This document shows, piece by piece, positions 39,601 through 51,912 of a stretch of DNA of 64,000 nucleotides. Below the pieces are notes generated by a model that was given only the letters and a program-made list of their open reading frames with translations, did no database searches and was not told the DNA's origin. This stretch comes from Diadema antillarum. Its lineage: Eukaryota. Position 1 is the stretch's first letter. Every line of letters begins with the position of its first letter. The position numbers and the translations under genes are program-made. The stretch covers positions 1,302,001 to 1,366,000 of the forward strand of contig NW_027270987.1 of assembly GCF_040938485.1 (NCBI RefSeq), written 5' to 3'.

Positions 39601-42600
39601 ACTTTAGTTTTGTTATCCCCAAATTTAAAGTTTAAATTTGAGAATGTTTTATTAGATAAAGATGGGCGTTATATATTACTGACGGGAGAACTGAGAAGCG
39701 TGAAAATATTAGTAGGTAATTGTTATTTCCCAACTAGAGATAAAGAAAAAACACAGTTTGAATTTTTGGATAAGCTAAATACTAAGATAGCGGAATTGTA
39801 TGATCCTTCTCAGCTCGTAGTTTTAGGGGGAGATTTCAATATACTCATGAATGGAAAATTAGATTATATGGGGCAAAAGAATATTATAAAAACTAAGTTT
39901 AATGAGAAATTGGAAGAATTTTTGAGAAGGTATGAGCTAGAAGATGTGTGGCGAAAAAGAAACCCGGATAAAAGGGAATTTACTTTTAGGCAAAAGTGGC
40001 CAATCGTTCAAAGTCGTTTAGACTATTGGTTTTTTTCCTCTAATGCACTTAATTTGGTTAATAAGTGCGATATCATTACGTCAATTACACCTGATCATTC
40101 TTGTATTTTGTTACAACTTAAGAATCTAGCAGATAAATTTTCATTTGGTAAATCTTATTGGAAATTTAATAATAGTTTATGTGCAGATCTTGAGTTTGTT
40201 AATATGTTGAATGAGAAAATTTATCAATTAAGGGAACAATTGATTCCAGAAATCCAGGATAAATTACTTTTTTGGGATTTTTTAAAGATGAAAATGAGAA
40301 ATATTATAATCAGTTATTCGAAGGAGAAGGCAAAACGAAGGAGAAAGGAAATAGAAAAGTTAGAATCAGAAATAAGTCATTTACAAACTCAATTATTGAC
40401 TTTACCTGTAAAATTTATAACGGATGAAATTGAAGAGAAAAAAACAGCACTAAACAATTTGTATGATTATTCTCGCCAAGGTCTGAGAATCAGGTCAAGA
40501 GCAGAGTGGTATGAAGAGGGAGAACAGAAAACACAGTATTTTGAACAGTTGTTGAAATCTAAGAAAAGGAAAAGTGTTATCAAAGAAGTATACAATGAAA
40601 AGAAAGAAATAGTGTCAGATAAAAATGAGATTTTGAAAATTATTAGAACATTTTATGAAAAATTGTATTCTGCTTGTGATATCCTTGAAGATGAAAAGTT
40701 GATGTTTTTATCTGGTATTCCCAAATTAAATGAAGAAAGTAGAAATTTATGTGAAGGTGAAGTAACTAAAAATGAATGTTATGAAGTTTTGAAGGAAATG
40801 AAAGTTAATAAGTCTCCGGGAAATGATGGATTTACTGTGGAGTTTTATAATACTTTTTGGCCAGTTTTAGGAGATATTTTAGTTGAAACGCTAAATGAGG
40901 CATATAATAGGGGGGAACTGTCTACATCTCAAAAGCAAGGAGTAATTACACTTATAGAGAAGGAAGGTAAAGATGGTATGTATGTTCAAAACTATAGACC
41001 TATTACTTTGTTAAATGTTGATTATAAGATTTTATCAAAAATATTAGCTAAAAGGATTCAAAAGGTGTTACCGGAAATTATTCATCATGATCAAGTAGGC
41101 TATATGAAAAACAGAAATATCGGAGAAGCTGTAAGAATAATAGATGACATTCTTTTTCATGCATTGGAACATCCTTGCGGTTATCTAGTTGCGGTGGACT
41201 TTGAGAAAGCATTTGATTCGGTAGCGCATATCTTTTTATTTAAAATTCTGCAATTATTTGGTTTCGGGAATTCATTTCAATTTTGGGTTAAAGTCTTGTA
41301 CACGGATATCAGTAGCTGTGTTATGAACGGTGGAAACTCAACGGGGTACTTTAATATCAAACGGGGTGTGAGGCAGGGTGATCCTCTGTCTCCATATATA
41401 TTTTTATTAGCTATGGAAACTTTAGCTGGAGCTATTAGAAAAGATAAGGATATTAATGGAATTAAATTTGGTCAAAATGAAATAAAACAAATTTTATACG
41501 CGGATGATATTTCTTTGTTTGTGAAAGATGAGGGTTCAATTAAACGGTTACAATTTTTATTTGATGAATTTGGGAAAATAAGTGGTCTCAAAATAAATAA
41601 AGGGAAGACTAATTTCTTATGGCTTGGGGAGGAAAAAGATAGGCCAAATATTCATTTGTTTGGGAATTTTGTTCAAGAAATCAAAATATTAGGAATTTAT
41701 TTTTCCTTAGATGTTAAGGCAAAAGAGAATTTAAATTTTAAAGAAATATTAAGTAAGATAAAAAGTCTTTTAGGATGGTGGAAAGAAAGAGATTTAACAC
41801 TTATGGGAAAAATACATCTTATGAAAACATTCGCCTTGTCAAAATTGAATTATGTAGCATCACTTATTGTTGTTCCTCAGTGGGTATTTTCAGAAGTCGA
41901 AAAAATTACCTTTGATTTCTTATAGCATGGCAAAGACCGTATAAAGAGAAATATTATGTATCAAGATTATGAGTTTGGGGGTTTAAGAATGACGAACTTT
42001 CGGTTATTTGTTAAGGCACAACGTATTATGTGGCTAAAACGCCTTCTATATGGAGAAAAAGAAGTTGGGTGGAAATTATTTTTTGACTTCTGTTTTAGTA
42101 CTGTAGGAGGTAGATTCCTGTTTATGTGTGACTTTGATTCATCTATTATGACAGATAATGTACCACCTTTTTATTCGGAAATATTGAAGGTTTGGCTCGA
42201 TATCTATAAATATAGACAATTGGAAAATGAGGTTGTAAATCCAATAATATTTAATAATAGGAGTGTACGCATAGCAGGTAGGATGTTTTTTCATAGAGAT
42301 TTATTTGATGCAGGAATAATTACAATACAAGATATATTAGATAACGGTCATTTGAGATCTCAGTCACATTTTCAAAGCTTGGGTCTTGGTTTTAAGGTAG
42401 AAGAATTGCTTAAACTGAATGATATATTTAATGCTATACCCCAGAAATGGAAGGATTCTATGAGAGCAGGTACACTTCAGCAAGTTGATTCCACAAACTT
42501 TGACTTAAAATTGATTTTTTCTGGTCAGAGAGTAAATTTGCAAGTTTTAAAATCGAGAAAAATATATGAGGCTATGGTGGAAGATTTACAGTCATCTTAT

Positions 42601-44751
42601 GTTTTACAAATCAAAGATGACCACAGTAGCTATGATTATACAAACAAAGAAATAAAAGATCTTTTTATTAAACCGAGTAAGTGTACATTGATAAGAAAAT
42701 ATAGAGAATTTCAATTTATGATGTTACATGGCGTAGTTTACACTAAGGAGCGTTTAATGAAGTTTGGTTTTGTAACAGACAGCCTTTGTTCCTTCTGCCA
42801 ACATGAGCCTGAAACTTATCTGCATTTATTTTTACACTGTGTTAAAGTGAAACCGTTATGGGAATTCATAATTAATTATTTTGATATAAATGAGTTAAGG
42901 AATATGAATTGGAGAGATATATTTGGGGGAATTTCTGGTTATTCAAATAGATCAAAATGTGTAAATACTTTGATTATCTTAACAAAATACATCATTTTTA
43001 AATCTAGAACGGGAAATAAGTTACCCACTGGAGAAAAGATGCAAAAGATTATTGTTGAATTAATAAATGAGGAAAAAATCCTTGCGACCAAGGCTGGGAA
43101 GCTACATGTACATTTACAAAAATGGGAATATTTTGAGACTTCGTTGAATAAACCAGTCTGAAGCTACGTGCAACGTCTGTGACTTTTAAGAAAATAGTAA
43201 TGTTTCCATAGTATTCCACTCTTTCTTTTCTTCATTTTTTTCCCTTTCCTTCATTCCTCCTCCTCTTCTTCTTCTTCTTTTTTTTTTTCTTATGTTGTTT
43301 TGTATTTTCTCCCCCTCCTTTCCCATGCGTTCCTGTCAGCCTGTTGGCGGGCTGATTATATAACTATATTTACTATATTGTGATGTGTAGGCAAGAGCAG
43401 TTAACCAAATTAGGTGCATGTGTATGTGTGTGTGTATGGGTGTGTTTGTGTGTGTTTGTGTGTTGCATGTGTACAGATAGGGGTGGGGGAGGAAACAGGA
43501 AGGGAGGGAACTGGTGGGGGTGGTCATAGGGACTCAGTAAGGGATATGAGTTAGTAGGTGGGCGGGTATTGGTTGATAAATAATATGGTTCCATTATTTA
43601 TTACTGTATAATTTTGCTGCATAATTCATTTGGATGATTATTAAGATTAATGCTAGAAGAATTGAATTATCACTGTTAAATTCAAGCAATTTTTTGAGAG
43701 CATAGGGGAAGTGACTGTATGTAAATTGATAATTGTTCATGAAAATGTAATTTTTGTTATGTCATTATGTACAGCAATAGCAAATTTGCTATTATGATCA
43801 CAAATGTATATTTTCGTCATTTCAATTGTAGCAAATGAAAATTGTTATTTTTTTCTATTACTTTGAATGGAACAGAATAAACATCGTTGAAAAACAAAAA
43901 AAAAAGTATTATGTTTGTGTGCATGTGGGCGTGTGGTTGACTTTATGGAGTTTGACGACCAATTTCAGACAGAAAGAGACGGCGATAGAGAGAGTGGTAG
44001 AGAACAAAAAGAGAGAGCTACAGAGATACAAAGAAGGGAAAGAAAAGGATTACCAACATCGTGCTTTCACGAGTCCTTTCTCCAGTTTCAAAGTACAATC
44101 ATGAATGATGTGATCAAGAGCACAAAGAACAGCTTCAGGGGGGTGTTTCATCAAAATCCTTGGTTTTGATTGGCTGAGAAGCTCTGGTCACTGCCTGTTA
44201 CTATGGTGATTGTCAGCGATGACAACTTGTCAGCGCTGACAAAAGTTGATGAAACACCCCCAGGTCAACAAGAATTACTAAACATAATGAATATTGCATG
44301 AAGTGATCCATGGTTTGGGGGTCGAAATTTTTGTGCACAAAGTACGCATAAAATCTGAATACATTACAGAACCGGCCTTTAAAGAGAAAAGCCAAATAGA
44401 AAGGAAATGCACTCAATAAGCAAGGTTAAAAATGAATAACGTACATATTATTATGCAATATATGCATATTGAATATATGAGTTGATTCCATAAATAAATG
44501 CAGTAAACATTCCTTTTTTCGACTCCAAAGGGACCAAAGAAAACTCTTCGGCTTACGTGAATGTCGACTTACACGACAGAATTAACATAATTGTTCTATA
44601 GTTATCTATCGGGGGGCAGATTTTTTTTTTTCTTCGACGTATCCAATTTTTCGAGATGTGCAAGCTCGATGTAGGCGAGGTTGACTGTATCTATCTATTC
44701 AATATCCCCACATATCGATTTGTCTATATCTATATATGTGTATGTGCGTGC

Positions 44752-44782
<31 letters not shown>

Positions 44783-47543
44783 CATGAATGCATTTTAGTA
44801 AATCATACAATGTACATGACCTCGATTCTGTACTATTAGATTAAATCCATGACAATGCACAATAATCCCAGGGGTAGATTTATTTTACCAAAGTCAAAGG
44901 CAGAGGTGAAATTCAAAAAAAAAAGTACGGGGTCATCTACCATTGCACTTGGAATGCACATAATATTGAATAGTGCCTTAAAGGGATGGTACAGTATTGG
45001 TGGAGATGGGAATTGGGTTTTAACTTTTTGCGAGATACCAAGAGAACACTTATGAAATAGTACAGAGCATACCATTTTAAGAGGAATTCAAAGTTTATTT
45101 GATGAAAATCGGGTTTGGCATAACTGAAACATCCAAAAACAAAGGAAAACAAAGCGATCGTAAAAAAGTGTGGGTCCCACACTTATTAGAATCGCTCTGT
45201 TTTGGATATCTCAGCCATTTCAAAACCAATTTTCATCAAATAAACGTCGAATTCCTCATGGAATTACATGTTCTTTCATATTTCATAAGAGGTTTCTCAT
45301 TATCTCACCAAAAAATGTAAGAAACCTGAAATTAGGTCTCTCCCAAAACTATACAGTCCCTTTAAAACCTACTGAACACGCACAATGAATTTGTTTAAGT
45401 ATACAGGTGGTGTCTTTCACATTAAATTATAACTAGGGCCAGATCTCGTGGGTATAATAAGTGCATGAGCGTACGCTATATCGTAAAATCAACAACAAAT
45501 GCAAATTCAACCAATATATTATATGGTATCAGAACAATAATAAAATTCATCCCACGAAGTCATTTTTCCGGTCCCTTGACAAAAAAACAATTAAAGTACC
45601 AGATCTTCGCTCTGCAGAGCAAAGACCCGGCACGAGCGAACCTTGAAGGTCAAATCATTTTGTATGACTTCTCAAAATCTTCTTCCTGTACTTTGAACCT
45701 TACAGCTGTACCTACAGTCGAAATAACGCACTGTCACCATACCGTGTGCCCGGTAAGAGTATGAGTCGGTATGTGTAGAGATTATCGGGGACATTTCATC
45801 TAGTTCTTTGTGCACTGCAGGAATTCCTACGTGGAGGCTATCGAGCGTCTTATCCAATTGTTTGATATAGCGTCGTTTGTCTGATGGTCGTTACGTAATG
45901 TAATGTACCCATAACGACGTTTAGTTGCTCTCACAATGTGTTTTGTTCTCTCTCTCTATTTTAAAACGATTCGTCCACATTCAGAATAGGTGGAATCTTG
46001 CTCCGCCTGGCAAATCATTAGTACAACGAAATTACGCCACAGTTACCTGTCTCCATCGCATTTCTATGGGTAGCTCAATAGACCACTTCACCAGGGAGGT
46101 GGAAGAGAGATCGACTCTTTCCCACCTCCTCGACTTTACTGACAAGTCACATTACATGTATACCTTAATAACGTAGACATTTCCCCTAGACAACAATCAA
46201 ACTTCCCCAAGGCTTGCCTGACATACCAACAACTACAATGCATACGAAATGGATTCTACGTATTGAAATGATTTTAGTATGCACAGGTGGAAGACCAAGC
46301 TTGCCCAGGTCCTTAAAAGAAAAACATTCATAAAAGTATTATTTGAATACGCTAATAAACTGACATAATAAAAATGAAATATATTTCTCGAGTTGGAGTG
46401 CACAAAGAAATGTAGTTTCTGTTGAAATAATCAGTCGCCTCACTCCTGTGTAGGCCGTCACAAATGTTTTGTGAATCGTGTAGTAAAAGAAGTCCTGAAA
46501 TCGTCGGGAGCAGCAATGATTATTAACCTTACAATGATGCATTACGAGGTCGTATTCTTTGGGTTGATATTCGAAGAAATGCACGGAAACGTGTATACTT
46601 GGGTGCAAAATGGAAAGGATAAGGGAAAAGTGGAATCAGGTCGACAGCACAGATTTAGTGTTCAGGTGATGTATTATTTAGAATCCCTTGAAGACTCAAA
46701 ATATGCAATCATAATTACTTTCCCAAGTGAAGAATCTAGAAAATCATCACAAGAAGGCGAAATAAATCGCTACTATTACTAAAAGCGCATTTGGACCTAT
46801 AGCGGGGAACACAAAAAAAAAAACCCACAAAAGCAAAGCAAAGCAAACCAAAACAACTTTGAATCAGAAATTCGTATTGACATCGAAGCAAGGGTATTTA
46901 ATGACAACTAGGTCAACTGATGGAACGGACGCTAGCTTGTATGAGCCTGATGGACACCCGGTTGAATTTTGTTGGCCCATGCAACCCGATATACCACCTA
47001 CATGTATCTCTGACAGTTTCATTCGTTCAAGACCACGTCTAGTCTGAAGCGAGTGAGCTCTACAAGGATTCTCTCTTAAGGGTTTACATGATATACCTTG
47101 GCAGTTGTGTCCCTCCAGGGTCCGTAAAAAGTCTCGTAGGCAACCCTGACCGCTTCTTCCATGTCGGCGGCATTGCCATCAGCAACCAGGGCCAGTTGGT
47201 TCCCATTGGCCGGATTCTTCACGGGGTACGTCGCTCCGGACTTGGCCGCCACCCACGAACCGTTGATGAAAGCCTGCTCGCGAAACAGCGGGCCGAAGCT
47301 CGACAAGGACGACGACATTCTGAGGTGCTGGTGGAAAAAGAGGTGCGGCTTTGGGACATCCGTCCGTGAGAGTCTGGCGGTGAGAGGTCCTCGACAGACG
47401 GTGGCGTGCGGCTGGGATGACACTGACTGATGCCGGAGCGAAGTGTGACACCTCGTGCGGTTGCTGAACCGTGCAGAGAGCACCCTCGGAAAATTTGCCG
47501 AAGGCCTGAGCAGGTATGTCACTGACTGAGCCATCATTGCCAT
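22805..47543 (-). CDS. ALDH5A1: Succinate-semialdehyde dehydrogenase, mitochondrial-type, paralog A (9 exons, 565 aa)
   Basis: Exons 47543-47097, 36425-36342, 35425-35255, 34524-34408, 33964-33821, 33341-33198, 32646-32491, 30845-30676, 23069-22805, all GT-AG and in frame. [22 protein letters not shown] and NEGLISS keep the SSADH residues R213, R334, S498, E306, C340 and C342 (human numbering). The N-terminal ~75 aa are Arg/Ser-rich and acid-poor. The ORF-track start at 47573 is TTG; the first ATG is 47543. Confidence 0.96.
25560..26045 (-). mobile_element. 3' fragment of an RLE-type non-LTR retrotransposon (HERO/NeSL/R2-like), degenerate
   Basis: After correcting two +1 frameshifts: TLHHILSNCP...[10 protein letters not shown]...RPDLLILW...IVELTVP...HQRKVEKY...LEIWARG, i.e. 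zinc-knuckle end, RHN motif and PD-(D/E)xK endonuclease. Confidence 0.8.
27338..27689 (-). pseudogene. Disabled extra SSADH terminal exon inside intron 8 of paralog A
   Basis: Phase-2 acceptor (ccacttccccgctcag); reads F*DEEE[87-bp insert][84 protein letters not shown]. Confidence 0.9.
27583..27669. repeat. Interstitial telomeric repeat (TAACCC)n with TAATCC variants
   Basis: 87 bp, about 14 units, sitting inside a codon of the pseudo-exon. Confidence 0.95.
30881..31229 (-). mobile_element. tRNA-derived SINE with Nin-like central domain
   Basis: A box TGGCTCAGTCGG, B box GGTTCGAACCC, core ggacataaaatgaaggtcccgtgtg...atgcacgtaaaaga, (AAAC)n tail. Confidence 0.8.
32166..32302. other. Assembly gap in intron 7 of paralog A
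   Basis: Run of N. Confidence 0.99.
36068..36265. mobile_element. GAGTGA/TCACTC-repeat MITE fragment (same family as 50267-50469)
   Basis: Shares gagtgaaaat(a/g)ttcactcttgaag with the 50267 copy; internal perfect hairpin gagtgacctcagggatcactc...gagtgatccctgaggtcactc. Confidence 0.7.
39290..43906 (+). mobile_element. Tx1/L1-clade non-LTR retrotransposon, 5'-truncated (ORF2 plus 3' UTR)
   Basis: ORF2 39402-43161 has an APE domain (FLQET, GGDFN, SRLDY, PDH), RT ([32 protein letters not shown]) and C-terminal CSFC...HLFLHC. A-rich tail at ~43890-43906. No ORF1 in view. Confidence 0.93.
39402..43161 (+). pseudogene. Tx1/L1 ORF2 (endonuclease + reverse transcriptase) with two lesions
   Basis: Frameshifting deletion near 39438 where the NVRGL-type APE motif should be, and an in-frame TAG at 41923-41925 (FDFL*HGKDR, expected W). 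ORFs 39565-41925 and 41956-43161 share one frame. Confidence 0.9.
44139..44260. mobile_element. Small Harbinger-type MITE
   Basis: TIR GGGGTGTTTCATCAA/TTGATGAAACACCCC; possible CAG TSD. Confidence 0.75.
44982..45361. mobile_element. Non-autonomous Kolobok-type MITE
   Basis: TTAA on both sides; TIR AGGGATGGTACAGTATTGG vs AGGGACTGTATAGTTTTGG (15/19). Confidence 0.8.
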
Positions 47544-47880
47544 TTCATGTGTCCTGACTATCGTGTAGTACAACGTAGGTGGCGATAGTTAATTCCCGAG
47601 CTAATGTTTATTCACTCAGGCGAGCACGCTGCCAGCTTCATCAAACTCGTGACTTCCGTTATCTATTCTGTGCGAGGTCTATGCTTGTCCCATTGATGAG
47701 AGATCCCTGTACAAGGGGGAGAGAAATCGATTAACTAATATTCATGTTCAATGCATAGATTCATTCTTCATGATAAACATATGTAGTTCTTATACACGAG
47801 AATGTTCTCCGCAGCTTGCCCGACACAGCAAAATCTACAGCTGGCCAGAAATATTTCACATTATCATTGAAATGTATATA

Positions 47881-48484
47881 AGGCTGCGTTCACATATGTA
47901 TACGGTATTCGGTATTCGGTATGCGCTCTTCGCTATGCGCCGTCAAGTCGACCCAGTACACCATCACCCGCACCATCAACTCCCTACTTCTTCCTCCTAC
48001 ACAATCATCCCTGCAATAACAATTTCTAAACTGCACCGGAATGCCAGTCTACATGCCTATTTTTGCTAAAGGGCAAATCCAGACCAAAATTGTCATCATT
48101 TCATAAACGAAAGATGGTATACGCTGCTCGAAAATCGAACAAGCGCGATTCCCACTATCAGGGGCGGATCCAGGAATTCTGTAAGGGGGGGGGGGGGGGC
48201 GTGACTAATATTTCTAGTGCCACTTCCGGGTTTCATTTCATTGTTTTTCTTTTTATTTTTGTTGTTTTTTTACGAAAATTAAAGGGGGGCGTGCGCCGGT
48301 TGCGCCCCCCTCTGGATCCGCCACTGACTATGCTATATTATTCGCAGCTATTCGGTATTTTCGAATAGTGCCCTATTATGTGAACCGGTGTTAGGAAATC
48401 CTATTGTTCGATTCAAGCTGTTCGCGTGTCCTCGAAAACGAGCACCGAATACCCGAATAGTATACTTCTATGTGAACGCAGCCT
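47881..48484. mobile_element. Harbinger-like MITE just upstream of paralog A, containing a nested insertion
   Basis: Perfect TIR AGGCTGCGTTCACATA/TATGTGAACGCAGCCT flanked by TA; internal gtattcg/cgaata repeats. Confidence 0.85.
48159..48326. mobile_element. Unclassified MITE with 5-bp TSD
   Basis: actat-CAGGGGCGGATCCAG...CTGGATCCGCCACTG-actat. Confidence 0.85.
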
Positions 48485-48758
48485 TATGGTTACTTTGTGG
48501 CTTGCATGATATCAACACTTTTATGAGGGGTTTTCCCGTTCATTTTCAAACTATTTCATTCAATATAATTATTTGTAGTTTAATTTCATCCCGAGAAATC
48601 TGGAATATGCAAATCCTAATTTCAAATTCTTCTTTTGTCGATCATTTTCGAACAAAGTCAATCCAATTTAGTCATTAACTTTTGTCACACATTCACGTCA
48701 TTTACAATTTAAATCCGTACAATTGCAAACGTGACATCAAACGCAATTTCGTCTTTTA

Positions 48759-51005
48759 AGGGGGTATCTCACTGAGCGGCGAACGTTTGCGAACGTAGCG
48801 AATTTGGGAATTCGCCAGGGTTCGTAAACGGTTGCAAAAGGTTCGTTAACATTCGCAAGAAGTTCGCAAACGGTTTTTATTGTCGCAAACAGTTTTTCTT
48901 GTCGCAGATAAATTTTGAACATGTTCAAAATTTCTTTGCGAACCTTTGCGAATTTGTATTTTCGCTAACAATTGCAAACATTCGCAAACATTCGCAAAAC
49001 ACTCGTAAGAATTCGCAAACGGTCGTAATACGGTGTCGCTAACATATGATTCGCCACTGCTAGCGAACAAGTAACCACATGGTTCCTATATAAAAGCTTC
49101 TGACACAGACAAGGTTCCACTCTAAGAAAGTTCTTGAAGCTCTTGACATCTCCATCATAATTGTAATTGCTTGAAAAGCTTTTCATATTGACTAAAGTCT
49201 GTCCTCTGCAACAAGCACTCTCTGACTCTCTTTCTTTTCTTCTTCCTTTCTTGTTTTTCTTTATTTTATTTCTCTTATGCTGCACAATTATAGCTGTAGC
49301 AGCAGCCTGACAAAGCAGCTCTTCAAGGATAGCAACACCTTGAGCCTCTTCTTGGCAGAAATTTATTTACATATCCTGGAAATCCATTGTCACAAGAGAT
49401 CTGAATTCAGTGGAAGGTTTTATGTCGTTTTATGGGTCTTACTATACACAATCGCCTGGTACTTTTCTAGGTCCAACAACATTCGCAAAATTGTCGCAAA
49501 GGATTTGCAAACAGTTGCTAGTATTTGCAAAACTGTCGCTAACATTTGCAAAATTGTCGCTAACATTTGTAAAATTGTCGCTAACATTTGCTAACATTCG
49601 CTAATAGTCGCCACCTGTGTTCGCAAACACTTTCGCAAACATTCGCTAAAGTGTTGCTAATTGTCGCTAAACATCGCTAAAAGTCGCTAACTGTCGCTAA
49701 TGGCAGAAGCGAACTTTGATTTTTCGCAAACATTTAAAAAAGCTGGTATCTCACTGAGCGGCGAACGTTTGCGAACGTAGCGAATTTGAGATTCGCCAAC
49801 TTTTCTGACGAATGTTTGCGAAAAATCAAAGTTCGCTTCTGCCATTAGCGACAGTTAGCGACTTTTAGCGATGTTTAGCGACAATTAGCAACACTTTAGC
49901 GAATGTTTGCGAAAGTGTTTGCGAACACAGGTGGCGACTATTAGCGAATGTTAGCAAATGTTAGCGACAATTTTGCAAACGTTAGCGACAATTTTGCAAA
50001 TGTTAGCGACAGTTTTGCAAATATTAGCAACTGTTTGCAAATCCTTTGCGACAATTTTGCGAATGTTCTTGGACCTAGAAAAGAACCAGGCGATTGTGTA
50101 TAGTAAGACCCATAAAACGACATAAAACCTTCCACTGAATTCAGATCTCTTGTGACAACCGTTCAAGATGGATTTCCAGGATATGGAAATAAATTTCTGC
50201 CAAGAAGAGGCTCAAGGTGTTGCTATCCTTGAAGAGGTGCTTTGTCAGGCTGCTGCTACAGCTATTCTCTCTAGAAAAGAAGAGTGAAAATGTTCACTCT
50301 TGAAGAAGTGAATAACAGAAAAGAGTGAGTTTCAAGTGAAATTAGAGTGATTTTGGACTGAAAATGTTCATTTTCACTCAAAATTCACTCCAATTTCACT
50401 CAAAACTCACTCTTTTCTGTAATTCACTCCTTCAAGAGTGAACATTTTCACTCTTTCTTTTTCAGAGAGTTGTGCCGCATAAGAGAAATAAAATAAAGAA
50501 AAACAAGAAAGGAAGAAGAAAAGAAAGAGAGTCAGAGAGTGCTTGTTGCAGAGGACAGACTTAAGTCAATATGAAAAGCTTTTGAAGCAATTACAATCAT
50601 GATGGAGATGTCAAGAGCTTCAAGAACTTTCTTAGAGAGGAACCTTGTCTGTTTCAGAAGCTTTTATATAGGAACCATGTGGTTACTTGTTCGCTAGCAG
50701 TGGCGAATCCTATAAAAACGTTAGCGACACCGTATTACGACCGTTTGCGAATTCTTACGAGTGTTTTGCGAATGTTTGCGAATGTTTGCAACTGTTAGCG
50801 AAAATACAAATTCGCAAAGGTTCGCAAAGAAATTTTGAACATGTTCAAAATTTCTTTGCGACAAGAAAAACTGTTTGCGACAATAAAAACCGTTTGCGAA
50901 CTTTGTTGCGAATGTTAACGAACCTTTTGCAACCGTTTACGAACCCTGGCGAATTCCCAAATTCGCTACGTTCGCAAACGTTCGCCGCTCAGTGAGATAC
51001 CCCCT
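48759..51005. mobile_element. Palindromic PIF/Harbinger derivative (inverted duplication of a deleted element)
   Basis: Ends AGGGGGTATCTCACTGAGCGG at both sides, TTA TSD (48756-48758, 51006-51008); ~975-bp inverted arms; a third terminus copy (AGCTGGTATCTC) at 49741; both arms carry the N-terminal transposase remnant. Confidence 0.9.
50267..50469. mobile_element. Palindromic GAGTGA/TCACTC MITE inserted into the right arm of the Harbinger palindrome
   Basis: ~40-bp TIR ctctctagaaaagaagagtgaaaatgttcactcttgaag; absent from the left arm; possible 2-bp TT TSD. Confidence 0.85.
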
Positions 51006-51771
51006 TTAGCGATCATTTTCGTCAAATTTGCCTTCAAATTTATCTAATACCCTTTCTGTTATGATTTCAGTTATTTTTTTCCTGTAACCGTTCACTTTTC
51101 CACATTTTATACACACACGTGTACCCCACCCCAACACAAAACAGACAGACAGACACACGCACACATACAAATACACCATACTCAAGAGCACATCACACGG
51201 AGACAAATATAATTATTATGTACTGTCACACAAACGATTTCCAGGCACATAATTAAAGACAAAAAAAAATTATATTGTAGAGTCTTTTATTTTTTATTTC
51301 AAAACGGACTTTCTAATTTTTTTTAAGAAGATCGAATGAAATGAATAAATACAAGTGTACATACATTTACCTCCATCAAATCATTAAAAAGAGAAGAACA
51401 TATTGCGACAACAGGAAAACGTATAGACCGTAAGACCATGAGTGCTACAAACGAACGACGCGATAGGCACCATTATTGAATCACTAGTATACCGTGGAGC
51501 TCAGTCTGCATATCATTATCTACAGGGTTCCGCAGAGGGACGGGGTTTAACCATCCGAAGGAGTGCAGAATTCTGCTATCATATAAGGGCGCATATCGCA
51601 GATCTTGTGGTAGCCTTTTGACAAGGCCCTCTCGCTGTATGATGGCTACAACGAGAGGGTCTTGGCCAAAGGCTAATCTTGTGGTTGCCCGACAGCGTTT
51701 TTTTTTTTTTTTTTTTTTTAAGACGGCACAGATTGGGGCATGGCGCGTGTTAAACCTATGGGAAAAACGTT

Positions 51772-51912
51772 NNNNNNNNNNNNNNNNNNNNNNNNNNNNN
51801 NNNNNNNNNNNNNNNNNNNNNNNNNNNNNNNNNNNNNNNNNNNNNNNNNNNNNNNNNNNNNNNNNNNNNNNNNNNNNNNNNNNNNNNNNNNNNNNNNNNN
51901 NNNNNNNNNNNN
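51772..51912. other. Assembly gap
   Basis: Run of N. Confidence 0.99.
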
